From contig NZ_CP047931.1 of NCBI RefSeq assembly GCF_014280175.1, positions 570,001 to 602,000 of the forward strand: 32,000 nt of DNA. The letters run 5' to 3'. Positions 7,232-16,132 of the stretch are shown here, piece by piece. Below the pieces are notes generated by a model that saw only the letters and a program-made list of their open reading frames with translations, was not told the DNA's origin and searched no databases. This DNA is from Synechococcus sp. A15-28 (GTDB taxonomy: Bacteria > Cyanobacteriota > Cyanobacteriia > PCC-6307 > Cyanobiaceae). Numbering within the stretch: position 1 is the first letter of the stretch; the number at the start of each line of letters is the position of its first letter. Made by a program: the position numbers and the translations under genes.

Positions 7232-10171
7232 TCAATGATCTTCGCGCATTCGTTCTGTCTCCTCCAGATAATTTTCTATTTGTCCCGCCAACCGACGATT
7301 GCCGCGACGAATGGTTTCTTTCCAGTCTTTAATGTCTACACCATGAGGATTGTCTCGAAGCAAGCTAACCTTGATAAATGGGAAATCATGATTCTCAATG
7401 AGTGATTTCCATTCAGCATGTAGAATATTGCCGTTGGCATTTTTTGAGAAAAGGCTTTCAAGGGTCATCCCATTCTTCTTAAGGAGGATGGAGAGACCTA
7501 CCTCATAGTTTTTGACGATGTTGCGTTTTTCATCCCAGCACATTATTTGCTCCCAAAACTGCCAGAATGCTGGGCAAGCAATAGCACGACTTTTAAACAT
7601 TAGAAACGCAGATTGTAGATGCGGTTCATACATGAGGTTATCCGTTAAACCGATCACATCCGCTTGACTATTGGTAAGGCGATTCACAAGTCCAGTTAGG
7701 GGACGAATCGGACCCCAGAAACTGTCGTTGCTGAGCAATACAGATTGTCTTTGATTGATCAGATCGCGACAAAATCTTAGACCAGTCATCCAGCTCCCAA
7801 AGTCATACCCTTCATTACGTCGAATGATCAGACCATCACAAACATTCCTAAGAGCTGCTAAATCACGAGGGTGTTCCAACAATGATGGTGTCGCAGCAAC
7901 GACTTGAACATAAAAATGACGTCTATACGTTCTTAAGAGATCAAGAATGTCAGAGCGGATTGGTTTGTCGTCATTGGATCCATATTGTGCGAATATAAGC
8001 GGTATGCGTTTGTCATTCTTTCTTAACGGACGCCTCCAGGTCAACAGCACTTCTTCTCGTGCTGGCCTGAGAGGGGCCACTTGTTTCAGGATTGGTTCGT
8101 ATCTAGTCGAATGATGATGAAGGAGGGGGCTGGTTAATGGATCACCTTGTGCATAAATTGTTTTGTGCTTTAGGCGAAGTCGACCAGATTCTCGTTGATG
8201 TCTTGCCCAAGCAAATCCAACTTGATCTTTACCGCGACTAATTGACTCATAGTGAGTGATTGTTGCATGTGGCGTTACAACAATTCTCCCCCCTGCATCC
8301 CTGAGCCTGAGGCAAAGGTCGACATCATTGAAAACAACGGCGAGTTTTTCATCAAATCCACCCACAAAGTCAAACCACTCGGCTTTCACCATCAAGCAGG
8401 CTGCAGAGGCTGCGGAAAACTCCTCTTGTGTTCTGAGTGGCAAAAGGCTAGCAATCACCTCTTGCTCTTTAAGATGCTTACCAGGTTCGAGAACGCAACG
8501 ACGCTCTCCAGGAATAATGACAACTCCTTGATGTTGGATGCTTCCATCGGGATAATTAAGTCTCGAACCGACGGCTACAGTTTTGGGATGTGCAAAGGGA
8601 TCTAGAAGTACATCAAGAATACTTTCGGAGACGAACTCAATATCGTTGTTGAGAAAAAGTAGAAAATCTCCTTTGCACAACTGACGAGCTCTATTGTTTA
8701 GCCGCGAGTAATTGAATTCTTCATCGAGACGTGTGCATTGAATATTGTCTTCCTTGATAGCTTTTTTTATCCATTCTATTGTTGAATTGTCGGCACTCCC
8801 GTTGTCAATTAGAATGATCTCATAATTGCAGCTTTTCCCTGCATTTTGCTGAATTGATTTGACACATGTGCTTGTTAATTCCACTTGATCTCTAAATGGA
8901 ATCAATATGGAAACCAACGATGATTCATCTGTTGGGCGTGACAAGTCATGGCATCCTGCCTGCAAGGGGTTGGGCTTGAGTCCTCCCTCTATTCCAAAAT
9001 ATTGTTTGGCATGCTGACTCTTGATACGATCTATCTCATCTAATTGCTTATCACTAAATGGGCATCGTTCACGGGGCCAGCCTTGTTCAGGCATTGAAGG
9101 ATTCTTAGAACCTTGATGCTTTACAAGTGCCTGATGACAATGGGTAGTCTTGATCGGCTCGCGAGTGATCTGTAGCAGTACATCCAGACGCAATGCTTCA
9201 AGGCAGGTATAACTAGGAGCAAATGAACACTGCTTAAATAGAGAATAATCGAGCGTTAGAAGTCCTCCAATGCCTCCTCGAGTACACAGACGAATGGCTG
9301 ATACTGAGCTTCGGTATTGCCGATGTTCGTATCCAAGTCCATCATTCCAAAGTTGGCGAACAATAATGTCATCGCAGGTCATCACAGTGTTCGTTTTCGC
9401 TTGTTGGAGATGTCCCGCTAAGGCATGTAGGGCTCCATTGGCCAAGATATCGCTGGCATGACAAATGCTGATCCACTCTGCAGAGTAATCTCGTAGCAGA
9501 TTTGGCAAAGAATTCATATTTGCCAAAGAGCATGAAACCACATGCTCCCAACCACCTGTAACAGCTAAAGATTGTGCTCGATGTATTGTTCCATCAATCA
9601 CTAAAAGAAGATACTTTGATGTTAAAACGCCGGGATTTATTGTGGGTAGCTTTGTTGGATGATATCGATCAAGCCCTGTCGCAACAGACTCTTGCCGACG
9701 GAAATGGTCCCACCCCTCAGTTGCGAGATGTTCGAGTAAAGAGATTTTATTAGCGCGGCTAATTTGTCTCTGTGTCTTGTTCAGGCCTGAGTCATAAGCT
9801 CCAATGGGAATGGGCGGTAGATCTCCGTAAAGAGAAAGATGACCATTTAAAATTTGATTAAGTGTCCCACTCATCAGTAACTCATCAATTGATGAGAGGT
9901 GCCGATGTTGAAGAAGTAAGGGGAGTTTTTGAATTCCATCCTCTGAAGGGTTCCATGTTGCTGGCTCCAACAGTAGGGAAATAGGTAAATATCGCGGATT
10001 AAGAAGATGAAAGTCTAAGTAATCATGCAGTCTCGCAAGATCTGTTTTAATTAAATTAAGATCTATACCGATACGCTTGAAGTGTTTGAGCTGCTTTTGT
10101 AAAGAGCTAATAGAGGTTTTTCCATTTCTCCAATCCTGAAAGGATTTTGCCCACCTGTCGTTTGGATTCAT
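7232..10171 (-). CDS. Multidomain glycosyltransferase: degenerate N-terminal GT2-like region, central GT2 domain, C-terminal rhamnan-synthesis F (RgpF)-like domain
   Basis: 979 aa. Central VSILIPFRDQVELTSTCVKSI...YEIILIDNGSADNST... LLFLNNDIEF... ADWF-type GT2 (approx. 8222-8920). C-terminal IPLIFAQYGSNDDK...VCDGLIIRRNEGYDFGSWMTGL...LLSNDSFWGPI typical of RgpF-like domains (approx. 7235-8005). Confidence 0.85.
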   Translation of the reverse strand: MNPNDRWAKSFQDWRNGKTSISSLQKQLKHFKRIGIDLNLIKTDLARLHDYLDFHLLNPRYLPISLLLEPATWNPSEDGIQKLPLLLQHRHLSSIDELLMSGTLNQILNGHLSLYGDLPPIPIGAYDSGLNKTQRQISRANKISLLEHLATEGWDHFRRQESVATGLDRYHPTKLPTINPGVLTSKYLLLVIDGTIHRAQSLAVTGGWEHVVSCSLANMNSLPNLLRDYSAEWISICHASDILANGALHALAGHLQQAKTNTVMTCDDIIVRQLWNDGLGYEHRQYRSSVSAIRLCTRGGIGGLLTLDYSLFKQCSFAPSYTCLEALRLDVLLQITREPIKTTHCHQALVKHQGSKNPSMPEQGWPRERCPFSDKQLDEIDRIKSQHAKQYFGIEGGLKPNPLQAGCHDLSRPTDESSLVSILIPFRDQVELTSTCVKSIQQNAGKSCNYEIILIDNGSADNSTIEWIKKAIKEDNIQCTRLDEEFNYSRLNNRARQLCKGDFLLFLNNDIEFVSESILDVLLDPFAHPKTVAVGSRLNYPDGSIQHQGVVIIPGERRCVLEPGKHLKEQEVIASLLPLRTQEEFSAASAACLMVKAEWFDFVGGFDEKLAVVFNDVDLCLRLRDAGGRIVVTPHATITHYESISRGKDQVGFAWARHQRESGRLRLKHKTIYAQGDPLTSPLLHHHSTRYEPILKQVAPLRPAREEVLLTWRRPLRKNDKRIPLIFAQYGSNDDKPIRSDILDLLRTYRRHFYVQVVAATPSLLEHPRDLAALRNVCDGLIIRRNEGYDFGSWMTGLRFCRDLINQRQSVLLSNDSFWGPIRPLTGLVNRLTNSQADVIGLTDNLMYEPHLQSAFLMFKSRAIACPAFWQFWEQIMCWDEKRNIVKNYEVGLSILLKKNGMTLESLFSKNANGNILHAEWKSLIENHDFPFIKVSLLRDNPHGVDIKDWKETIRRGNRRLAGQIENYLEETERMREDH

Positions 10172-11148
10172 TGGGCTTTCCTGCTGACTAGCCTCAGAAG
10201 TTTTTGCAGGACCATTATGTAAAATTGTCTTTTCTTATCAGAGTTTTTGGTCTCCAATTGTCTACTTGACTGGCGCACATCAATTCCTGATTCTTGACTA
10301 GTTCTTTCATCATTGGCCCATCCAAGATTGTGCTCTTCTATATCTAGCTTGTTAGATAGCGATTGATTCGTCGAGGACTTTCTTAGTTCTTTGATTTCAT
10401 CCAAAAGTAGTGCATTTTTAGTTTTTTGTTTCCTTAATAAATTTTTCAGCCGTTCATTATCCTTCATAAGGCTTTCATAGTCATTTTGGATCTGCGCTAA
10501 TTGATTTACACTATTTCTAACTTCTTCAAAACTTGCTTCTCGGTCAAGGTTGACCTCCCACCAGTCCATCAGCACGAGATCAGTCAATGAGCTTTGAATC
10601 AACCTTTGTATATAGTTGCTGTCTGCTTCCAGACCAAATAAACAGGATTTAAGTTCTAGATTGAGGTAAATATCAATAATTCTTGGTTCTTTTTTCGCAA
10701 TAGCTAGGGTTAGCAAGCTAGAAAGGGGCTTCAAGCTTGGGAAGTTATTACTTTTATCTAGCTGTGGATCCTCACCATTGCATAATCTTCTGATCGATGT
10801 AATGTCGAGCAGATCAAGACGCCAACTTGATGAAATATTTTTATATTTTAACGATAAAAGCGATAACTCTTCGTAATGCACGTGAATTTCATCGCATTTT
10901 GTTGCCGTACTTTCTTCCAGTCTTTTTTGTTCGAGCACTTGATTGGGTGCCGAATAAATTAATAATACATTTTGAGGTTCAATATCAGGATTGGCAGATG
11001 AAAGAGGTTTAAGTCCTGCTTTAGCTAGTTTGTCTTGTAGTGATGCACTAATATTTGATATCGAATACCAGTACTGCATTTGATTCCTGATTCTTACGCG
11101 CAGTCTATAATGCAGAACGCTCCTGAAGCTCACATGGCGTTCAGTCAA
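10168..11148 (-). CDS. Uncharacterised island protein with C-terminal coiled coil
   Basis: 326 aa ORF whose stop overlaps the downstream GT start by 4 nt (ATGA on the minus strand). No family recognised. Start uncertain; an internal ATG at 11079 is also plausible. Confidence 0.65.
   Translation of the reverse strand: MTERHVSFRSVLHYRLRVRIRNQMQYWYSISNISASLQDKLAKAGLKPLSSANPDIEPQNVLLIYSAPNQVLEQKRLEESTATKCDEIHVHYEELSLLSLKYKNISSSWRLDLLDITSIRRLCNGEDPQLDKSNNFPSLKPLSSLLTLAIAKKEPRIIDIYLNLELKSCLFGLEADSNYIQRLIQSSLTDLVLMDWWEVNLDREASFEEVRNSVNQLAQIQNDYESLMKDNERLKNLLRKQKTKNALLLDEIKELRKSSTNQSLSNKLDIEEHNLGWANDERTSQESGIDVRQSSRQLETKNSDKKRQFYIMVLQKLLRLVSRKAQ
11106..11111 (+). promoter_or_regulatory. Candidate -10 box (TATAAT) for the plus-strand gene starting around 11110-11152
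   Basis: Exact TATAAT inside the divergent start region; a TTGATT lies 20 nt upstream (long spacer), so the -35 assignment is weak. Confidence 0.3.
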
Positions 11149-11151
11149 TGC

Positions 11152-12402
11152 ATGAGTGTATTAGTTGGCTGTCCCGCATCACCAACGCAGCTTCCTGATG
11201 GCCCTTGTTTGATTGTTGATGCTGAGTCAATTGATCAGAAAGATTTAATTGCTCAAAAGTTCTATTGTGCTCACTACCCCGAACCACCTGTCGACAATGT
11301 AGTACTGCTCAACCAGACAGTTATTTCAGAATTCGATCATCAGATTATTGATTGGAATATTTTCTCTGACAGTCGCTTCAATGGTCCTTCAACATTATCA
11401 GAGTTATCTGAACAATATCCAAACCTAAGATTAATTGAAAGCAGGAAGATTGAAGGTATCACCCTTTCTACTGTATTAACACATCAAAAAATTATTTCTG
11501 ATCCACTTTCAACTTTTGAGCTTATTTTGTATGAAGGTGATCCGTTAGTTGCTCTTCAAAGTTTGAAGGAGTGGTTGGCCCGTTGCACTCGTATTTCTTT
11601 GCGTGGTTTAGTCACTAGCTCTAAATCTCGTGAGGCCGCTGAAGCATTTTTGGGGGCATCTGGCTTTTGCAAATCGTCGGTTGATTCTTGTGTATGGACT
11701 CCTGAGCTTGAGATATCGTCACTTCATCTGTCCATAATTAGATGTGGTTTGTTGGCTTTATTTAATGCCGATATCTATCGAGAGCTATTTCCTCAGACGA
11801 AGGAAATGACAGATGTTGAACTGATTGACCACTGGTTATCACAGCCTAGTTTTAGAGAAATTGCCAAGGAGATGGAAAAGAGTATCCATAATCCATTAGA
11901 CAGAGATGGACTTTTGGCACTATTTAATGCCGATATCTATCGAGAGCTATTTCCTCAGACGAAGGAAATGACAGATGCAGAACTTATTGACCACTGGTTA
12001 TCACAGCCTAATTTTAGTGATGTATCTAAATTGATAAATGATGCTATTCAACGTAATCCAAATCAGCTCTCTGAATTGACAGACCAAGATCCCTCACTTC
12101 AGTTGTTGCAGCATATTTTCCCTTTTGAGTTATATCGATCTCAGAGGCCAGATCTCCTACAAATATCCAACAGAGAGTTGATCAATCACTATTGGCAAAA
12201 TGGGCAATATGAGGGGATTGATCTCTCAGAGTCAAATGTCAAAAATATTCTCGATAGAGATCAATCGTTGCAAGTCGACCGACTAACTTCTCGTGTTCAT
12301 GAACTAGAGCATCTTTTATCGTGCGCGAACGCACAGATTAGTGCTATGCAAAAGTTGATTATTGGTTCACGAGATTCTGGAGCCATCAATGAACAAGACT
12401 GA
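11152..12402 (+). CDS. Uncharacterised island protein with tandemly duplicated 'Y...pDl...HyxxxGxxEG'-type motifs and C-terminal coiled coil
   Basis: ORF track gives 11080-12402 (TTG start). The exact TATAAT at 11106 suggests a later ATG (11110, 11134 or 11152). Contains two near-identical GLLALFNADIYRELFPQTKEMTD[VA]ELIDHWLSQP units and a third divergent one. Confidence 0.7.
   Translation: MSVLVGCPASPTQLPDGPCLIVDAESIDQKDLIAQKFYCAHYPEPPVDNVVLLNQTVISEFDHQIIDWNIFSDSRFNGPSTLSELSEQYPNLRLIESRKIEGITLSTVLTHQKIISDPLSTFELILYEGDPLVALQSLKEWLARCTRISLRGLVTSSKSREAAEAFLGASGFCKSSVDSCVWTPELEISSLHLSIIRCGLLALFNADIYRELFPQTKEMTDVELIDHWLSQPSFREIAKEMEKSIHNPLDRDGLLALFNADIYRELFPQTKEMTDAELIDHWLSQPNFSDVSKLINDAIQRNPNQLSELTDQDPSLQLLQHIFPFELYRSQRPDLLQISNRELINHYWQNGQYEGIDLSESNVKNILDRDQSLQVDRLTSRVHELEHLLSCANAQISAMQKLIIGSRDSGAINEQD
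11746..12016 (+). repeat. Two copies of a coding repeat with 162-bp (54-aa) period
   Basis: Copy 1 11746-11854, copy 2 11908-12016. The core tttaatgccgatatctatcgagagctatttcctcagacgaaggaaatgacagatg is identical at 11761-11815 and 11923-11977, followed by the shared attgaccactggttatcacagccta. Confidence 0.95.
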
Positions 12403-13690
12403 TCAGATACTTGCCTGTCGCGTCTTGGCGGATGATTATTTGTCCGGAAGATGGCAGAAAATTATCAAGCCAGTCTGTTCTTTGAACGATACAGCAACAT
12501 GTGATAATTCTTCCACGCTTAGTGACTTCGTGCGACTTCTTGCCAGTCTAGTTCCTGCAGAAATCCTGAAGGAGGATTGGAAGCCTGCTTTATTGTCACA
12601 TCGCACCTCTTTTACTGAGGCACGTCTTCGCTACTGCGCAACTCATTTACTTTGTGCTTGTAATAATCTTGCGTGCAGAAACGATCAACAATATCGCTAT
12701 AAACTTCACCTCTTTTGCATTAGCTTGGGTAAATTACTAAAATCTGATGATGATTTTATACTCATTGCTGATGTGTTTTCATTCCCCGACTCTCTCGTAT
12801 CACTGAGTCAAAGTATTCGTATATTTTATTCGGCTTACAGTCGTCGTTTGCGTGAGTCATTCCCTCAACAGATGACGGTTGTTTTAGGGATGCATCGTAG
12901 TGGAACCTCTGCTTTAACTGGATTACTTGGTAACTTAGGCATTGCAGGACCTACGGATGCATTAGGTGCCACGGAAAATAATCTGTTGGGCTATTGGGAA
13001 TCTACTTCTTTAGTCACTTCTTCTGATCGTTTTTTGGCTTCTCAAAATAGCCATTGGTCTACTCTTTATCGTTGGTCTCTTGGGTGGTGGAAATCAGCGG
13101 CAGCTCTAGACTGGATCGATTCTTATTGGCATGATTTGCAAAATGCCTATAATACGAAGGAACACTTCGTCTTGAAAGATCCACGCCTTTGTATTTTGAT
13201 CGAGGGTATGACCCCATGCTTAGTTGATTCTCTACTGCAGTTGGATTTTTTGTTGATATTACGCTCTCCTGTTGAGGTTGTTATTTCTTTGTGTAAGGCG
13301 GAAGAAATTTCTCCATACGACGCTCTTAACTTGTGGATCGGATCAGTCTTACGCGCTGAATGTACCTCACGTCCTTATTCACGCAATATTCTCACGTACT
13401 ACCAACTGATGAATAGGCCTCAATCTATTTTGGATTCTTTTGGACTGAACTGGAATCAAAGCTTTATGGAATCGACGCTTGATCAGGCAAAATCCTTTTT
13501 AAGGCCATCATTGTATCGAACCAAGATTGATAACGTAAGGGAACCATTTGTGGCAACAAATCCTGAGTTGACTAGTCTTTTGGAGCTGGCTGAAGAGATC
13601 TTTGATTGTTTTCAACATGCTACCCCAGACATTGCTAGTATCTCAGAGAGATTAAATTATCAGTGGGTTGAAATCTTGGCAGGTCGTTAG
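12389..13690 (+). CDS. P-loop sulfotransferase family protein
   Basis: VVLGMHRSGTSALTGLLGNLGI (5'-PSB/P-loop), FVLKDPRLCI, LLILRSPVEVVISL (3'-PB-like). ATG at 12389 overlaps the end of the preceding ORF by 14 nt. Confidence 0.8.
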   Translation: MNKTDQILACRVLADDYLSGRWQKIIKPVCSLNDTATCDNSSTLSDFVRLLASLVPAEILKEDWKPALLSHRTSFTEARLRYCATHLLCACNNLACRNDQQYRYKLHLFCISLGKLLKSDDDFILIADVFSFPDSLVSLSQSIRIFYSAYSRRLRESFPQQMTVVLGMHRSGTSALTGLLGNLGIAGPTDALGATENNLLGYWESTSLVTSSDRFLASQNSHWSTLYRWSLGWWKSAAALDWIDSYWHDLQNAYNTKEHFVLKDPRLCILIEGMTPCLVDSLLQLDFLLILRSPVEVVISLCKAEEISPYDALNLWIGSVLRAECTSRPYSRNILTYYQLMNRPQSILDSFGLNWNQSFMESTLDQAKSFLRPSLYRTKIDNVREPFVATNPELTSLLELAEEIFDCFQHATPDIASISERLNYQWVEILAGR

Positions 13691-13717
13691 CAAATGTTTC
13701 CGTAAATGATTTTTAGC

Positions 13718-16132
13718 TTAATATCGCTGATAGTAATCTTTCATCTTCCTGAAACTGGATCTAATTTCAATTCCTTTCTTGATGCTTTCTGGGGAAGTGC
13801 TGACGCTAAAATTTTCACGGATCTTTGTTAGGTTTGGATTGTAAAACAAATCACTTGGTAGTTCTTTGATGTTTTGAATGTCGTATTGATTCAGCATGAA
13901 GTTTATTTCTTTCCTGAACCTTTCTTGCTTTTCGGGAGAGTCCTCGGCTCCTCGCGATATTGATTCGTGGTGAAACAGCTCAGCGTATGGCGTGAAAATA
14001 TTCCGATATCCTCTTGCGTGAACTCTCATGCAGAAGTCGACATCATTAAATGCGATTGTGAGGTCTTGTTCATTTAGTCCGCCGACGTTATTGAAAATTT
14101 CTCTGCGAATTGCGAGGCATGCTGCAGTTACTGCTGTCATCTGTTGTACATATTGAAGTCTGTCGACATAACCAGGACTATCTTCCGGAAAGTATTTATG
14201 GGCATGACCGGCGACTTGGCCAATTCCAATAATTACACCTCCATGCTGAATAGTCCCATTCGAATAGTATAACTTTGCGCCGACACAACCAACGTCTGGC
14301 CTTGAAGTGTGGGAAACAAGTTCTTGGAGCCATTCGCCAGTGATAACCTCAACATCGTTATTGACCAAAGCAATGATATCTGCCCTTGATTTGCTGACGG
14401 CATAGTTGTTGATGGCTGAAAAGTTGAATTTTTTGTTATACTTGATTATATTTATTTTTTCACCATGTTTTCTTTTCAGTTTTTTGAATAGATTCTTTGT
14501 CTCGACCTCTGCGCTCTGGTTGTCTACAATTGTGATTGTATAGTTCGTATATGTCGTCTTGGTGATGATTGAATCAACTGCCAGATTTAATACCTCTGCT
14601 TGATCTCGAGTGGGGATGATGAGTTCCACAGATGGTGGCTTTTCTGGTATGTGCCACTCGCAGGTGAATCGGTTCCTTGCCTTGATGCGGGCTGTTGCCT
14701 TAATGCCGCCACGTCGATGCTGCTCGTCCAGGTAGTGCTGAACTGCTCTGTGTCCGCTTTCAGTTGTGTAATCCTTGCTGTTTGGGTTGCTGGCGGTTGA
14801 TCCAGAATGTGCTCGCCAGTGGTACAAGACTCTGGGGATGTGAATAATTTGGTCCGGGGAAGATTCCAGGACAGTCCTGAGCGCAAGATCGTGATCTTGG
14901 CTTCCCTCGAAGCCAACCCGGAAGCCACCAATTTGTTTGAGGATCTCTCTTCTGTAAACACCCAAGTGTGAAATAAAGTTATAAGACAAGAGTAGATCTA
15001 TGTTGAAGGCTGGCTTGAAGTGTGGGCATGAACGTATTCCATCATCGTTGACTTTGTCTTCATCGCTATAGATTAAATTTGCTTGCGGCTTTTTTTGCAA
15101 CTCACGTGCCACCCAGTAAAGAGCATTGTCTGCAAGGATATCGTCGTGATCGAGTAATGCTACGTATTCTCCTGTCGCCAGACTAAGTGCGTCATTGCTG
15201 GCTTCACATATGTGGCCATTCTTTTCGCGAAAGATAAGTTTAATTCTAGGGTCTATCGCTTGATAGCTCTTGAGGGTTGTCTTGACGCTCACTGTGCTGG
15301 AGCAGTCATCGCAGATGCAGAGTTCCCAGTTGGGATAGCTTTGACGGCATACGCTTTCGATGCATTTGCGAAGGTGGTTGCTGTTGGTGTTGTAGGTAGG
15401 AATAATAATGCTGATAAGTGGGGCGTCTTTATTTAGGTCAAGCCATTCCCTAATTTGCTCTTCCGTGTGGTCGAGCTCTGGTTCGATTTCTTTTAAGTAG
15501 CGATTGTATTGGTCATCTGCTCCTTGCTGGGTTTGATTGTTGATAGGTTTTTTGGGCCAAGACTGATGCCTGATCTGGGATGATCGATAGATCTGTTCTG
15601 TTCGCCATGCAATTTCTTTTTTTGTCGAGTAGGCCTCCCCCTCGATGACATTGTCGTTTGCCTTGGGCTTCCTTGATGTCCATTGTCTTAAAATATCTAC
15701 AAACGTATCTTCGGTTGTAGGCAATAGTGAAATAGTCGCATTGATTGCTCCGGGAGTATTGACTGGTTTGATCTTGACTCTGCTCCTTTGCAGGACGACG
15801 ATTGGAAGTACAAGGCACGGTTCTGATCTTGTGCCTTGGATCGGCACTGTGAATGTTCTTGCCAGCAATTTGTTGGGACCAACCGGCTCTATGGAAACGG
15901 AGCAAAGTGTTGGCTGCTCTTCGGAATTAATTGATAGTCGAAGTAAGTAGTACCCTTTCGCGATGCCTTTGCGTGTTTCGAAGTAACAATTTGCATGTTC
16001 GGCGTAGTATTTCCCGTCGCCAAGTAGTCGTATGTTGTTTCTAACCCAATCCTGCCGATGGCATCTGTCTTTTCTGGTTTCTTGTGTTTGTTCCACTACG
16101 TTTTCTTTTCGGCATAGTGTGTGATGTACCAC
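13718..16132 (-). CDS. Glycosyltransferase with two tandem GT2 domains and an N-terminal accessory region
   Basis: PLISIIIPTYNTNSNHLRKCIESV...ALLDHDDILADNALY...IYSDEDKVNDDGIR and PSVELIIPTRDQAEVLNLAVDSI...IIALVNNDVEVI...CFAL-type second domain. Alternative GTG start at 16096 directly overlapping the rfbB TAG stop. Confidence 0.9.
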   Translation of the reverse strand: MVHHTLCRKENVVEQTQETRKDRCHRQDWVRNNIRLLGDGKYYAEHANCYFETRKGIAKGYYLLRLSINSEEQPTLCSVSIEPVGPNKLLARTFTVPIQGTRSEPCLVLPIVVLQRSRVKIKPVNTPGAINATISLLPTTEDTFVDILRQWTSRKPKANDNVIEGEAYSTKKEIAWRTEQIYRSSQIRHQSWPKKPINNQTQQGADDQYNRYLKEIEPELDHTEEQIREWLDLNKDAPLISIIIPTYNTNSNHLRKCIESVCRQSYPNWELCICDDCSSTVSVKTTLKSYQAIDPRIKLIFREKNGHICEASNDALSLATGEYVALLDHDDILADNALYWVARELQKKPQANLIYSDEDKVNDDGIRSCPHFKPAFNIDLLLSYNFISHLGVYRREILKQIGGFRVGFEGSQDHDLALRTVLESSPDQIIHIPRVLYHWRAHSGSTASNPNSKDYTTESGHRAVQHYLDEQHRRGGIKATARIKARNRFTCEWHIPEKPPSVELIIPTRDQAEVLNLAVDSIITKTTYTNYTITIVDNQSAEVETKNLFKKLKRKHGEKINIIKYNKKFNFSAINNYAVSKSRADIIALVNNDVEVITGEWLQELVSHTSRPDVGCVGAKLYYSNGTIQHGGVIIGIGQVAGHAHKYFPEDSPGYVDRLQYVQQMTAVTAACLAIRREIFNNVGGLNEQDLTIAFNDVDFCMRVHARGYRNIFTPYAELFHHESISRGAEDSPEKQERFRKEINFMLNQYDIQNIKELPSDLFYNPNLTKIRENFSVSTSPESIKKGIEIRSSFRKMKDYYQRY

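Noticed and set aside
7172-7405. 77-aa plus-strand ORF in the convergent junction
   Set aside because: Extends into antisense of the 979-aa GT; no ribosome-binding site or conserved motif seen; likely chance in AT-rich DNA.
5027-16132. Prophage, transposon or CRISPR/defence island as explanation of the AT-rich block
   Set aside because: No integrase, transposase, phage structural gene, att-like repeats, CRISPR repeats or nuclease/defence motifs seen; gene content is glycan-related.
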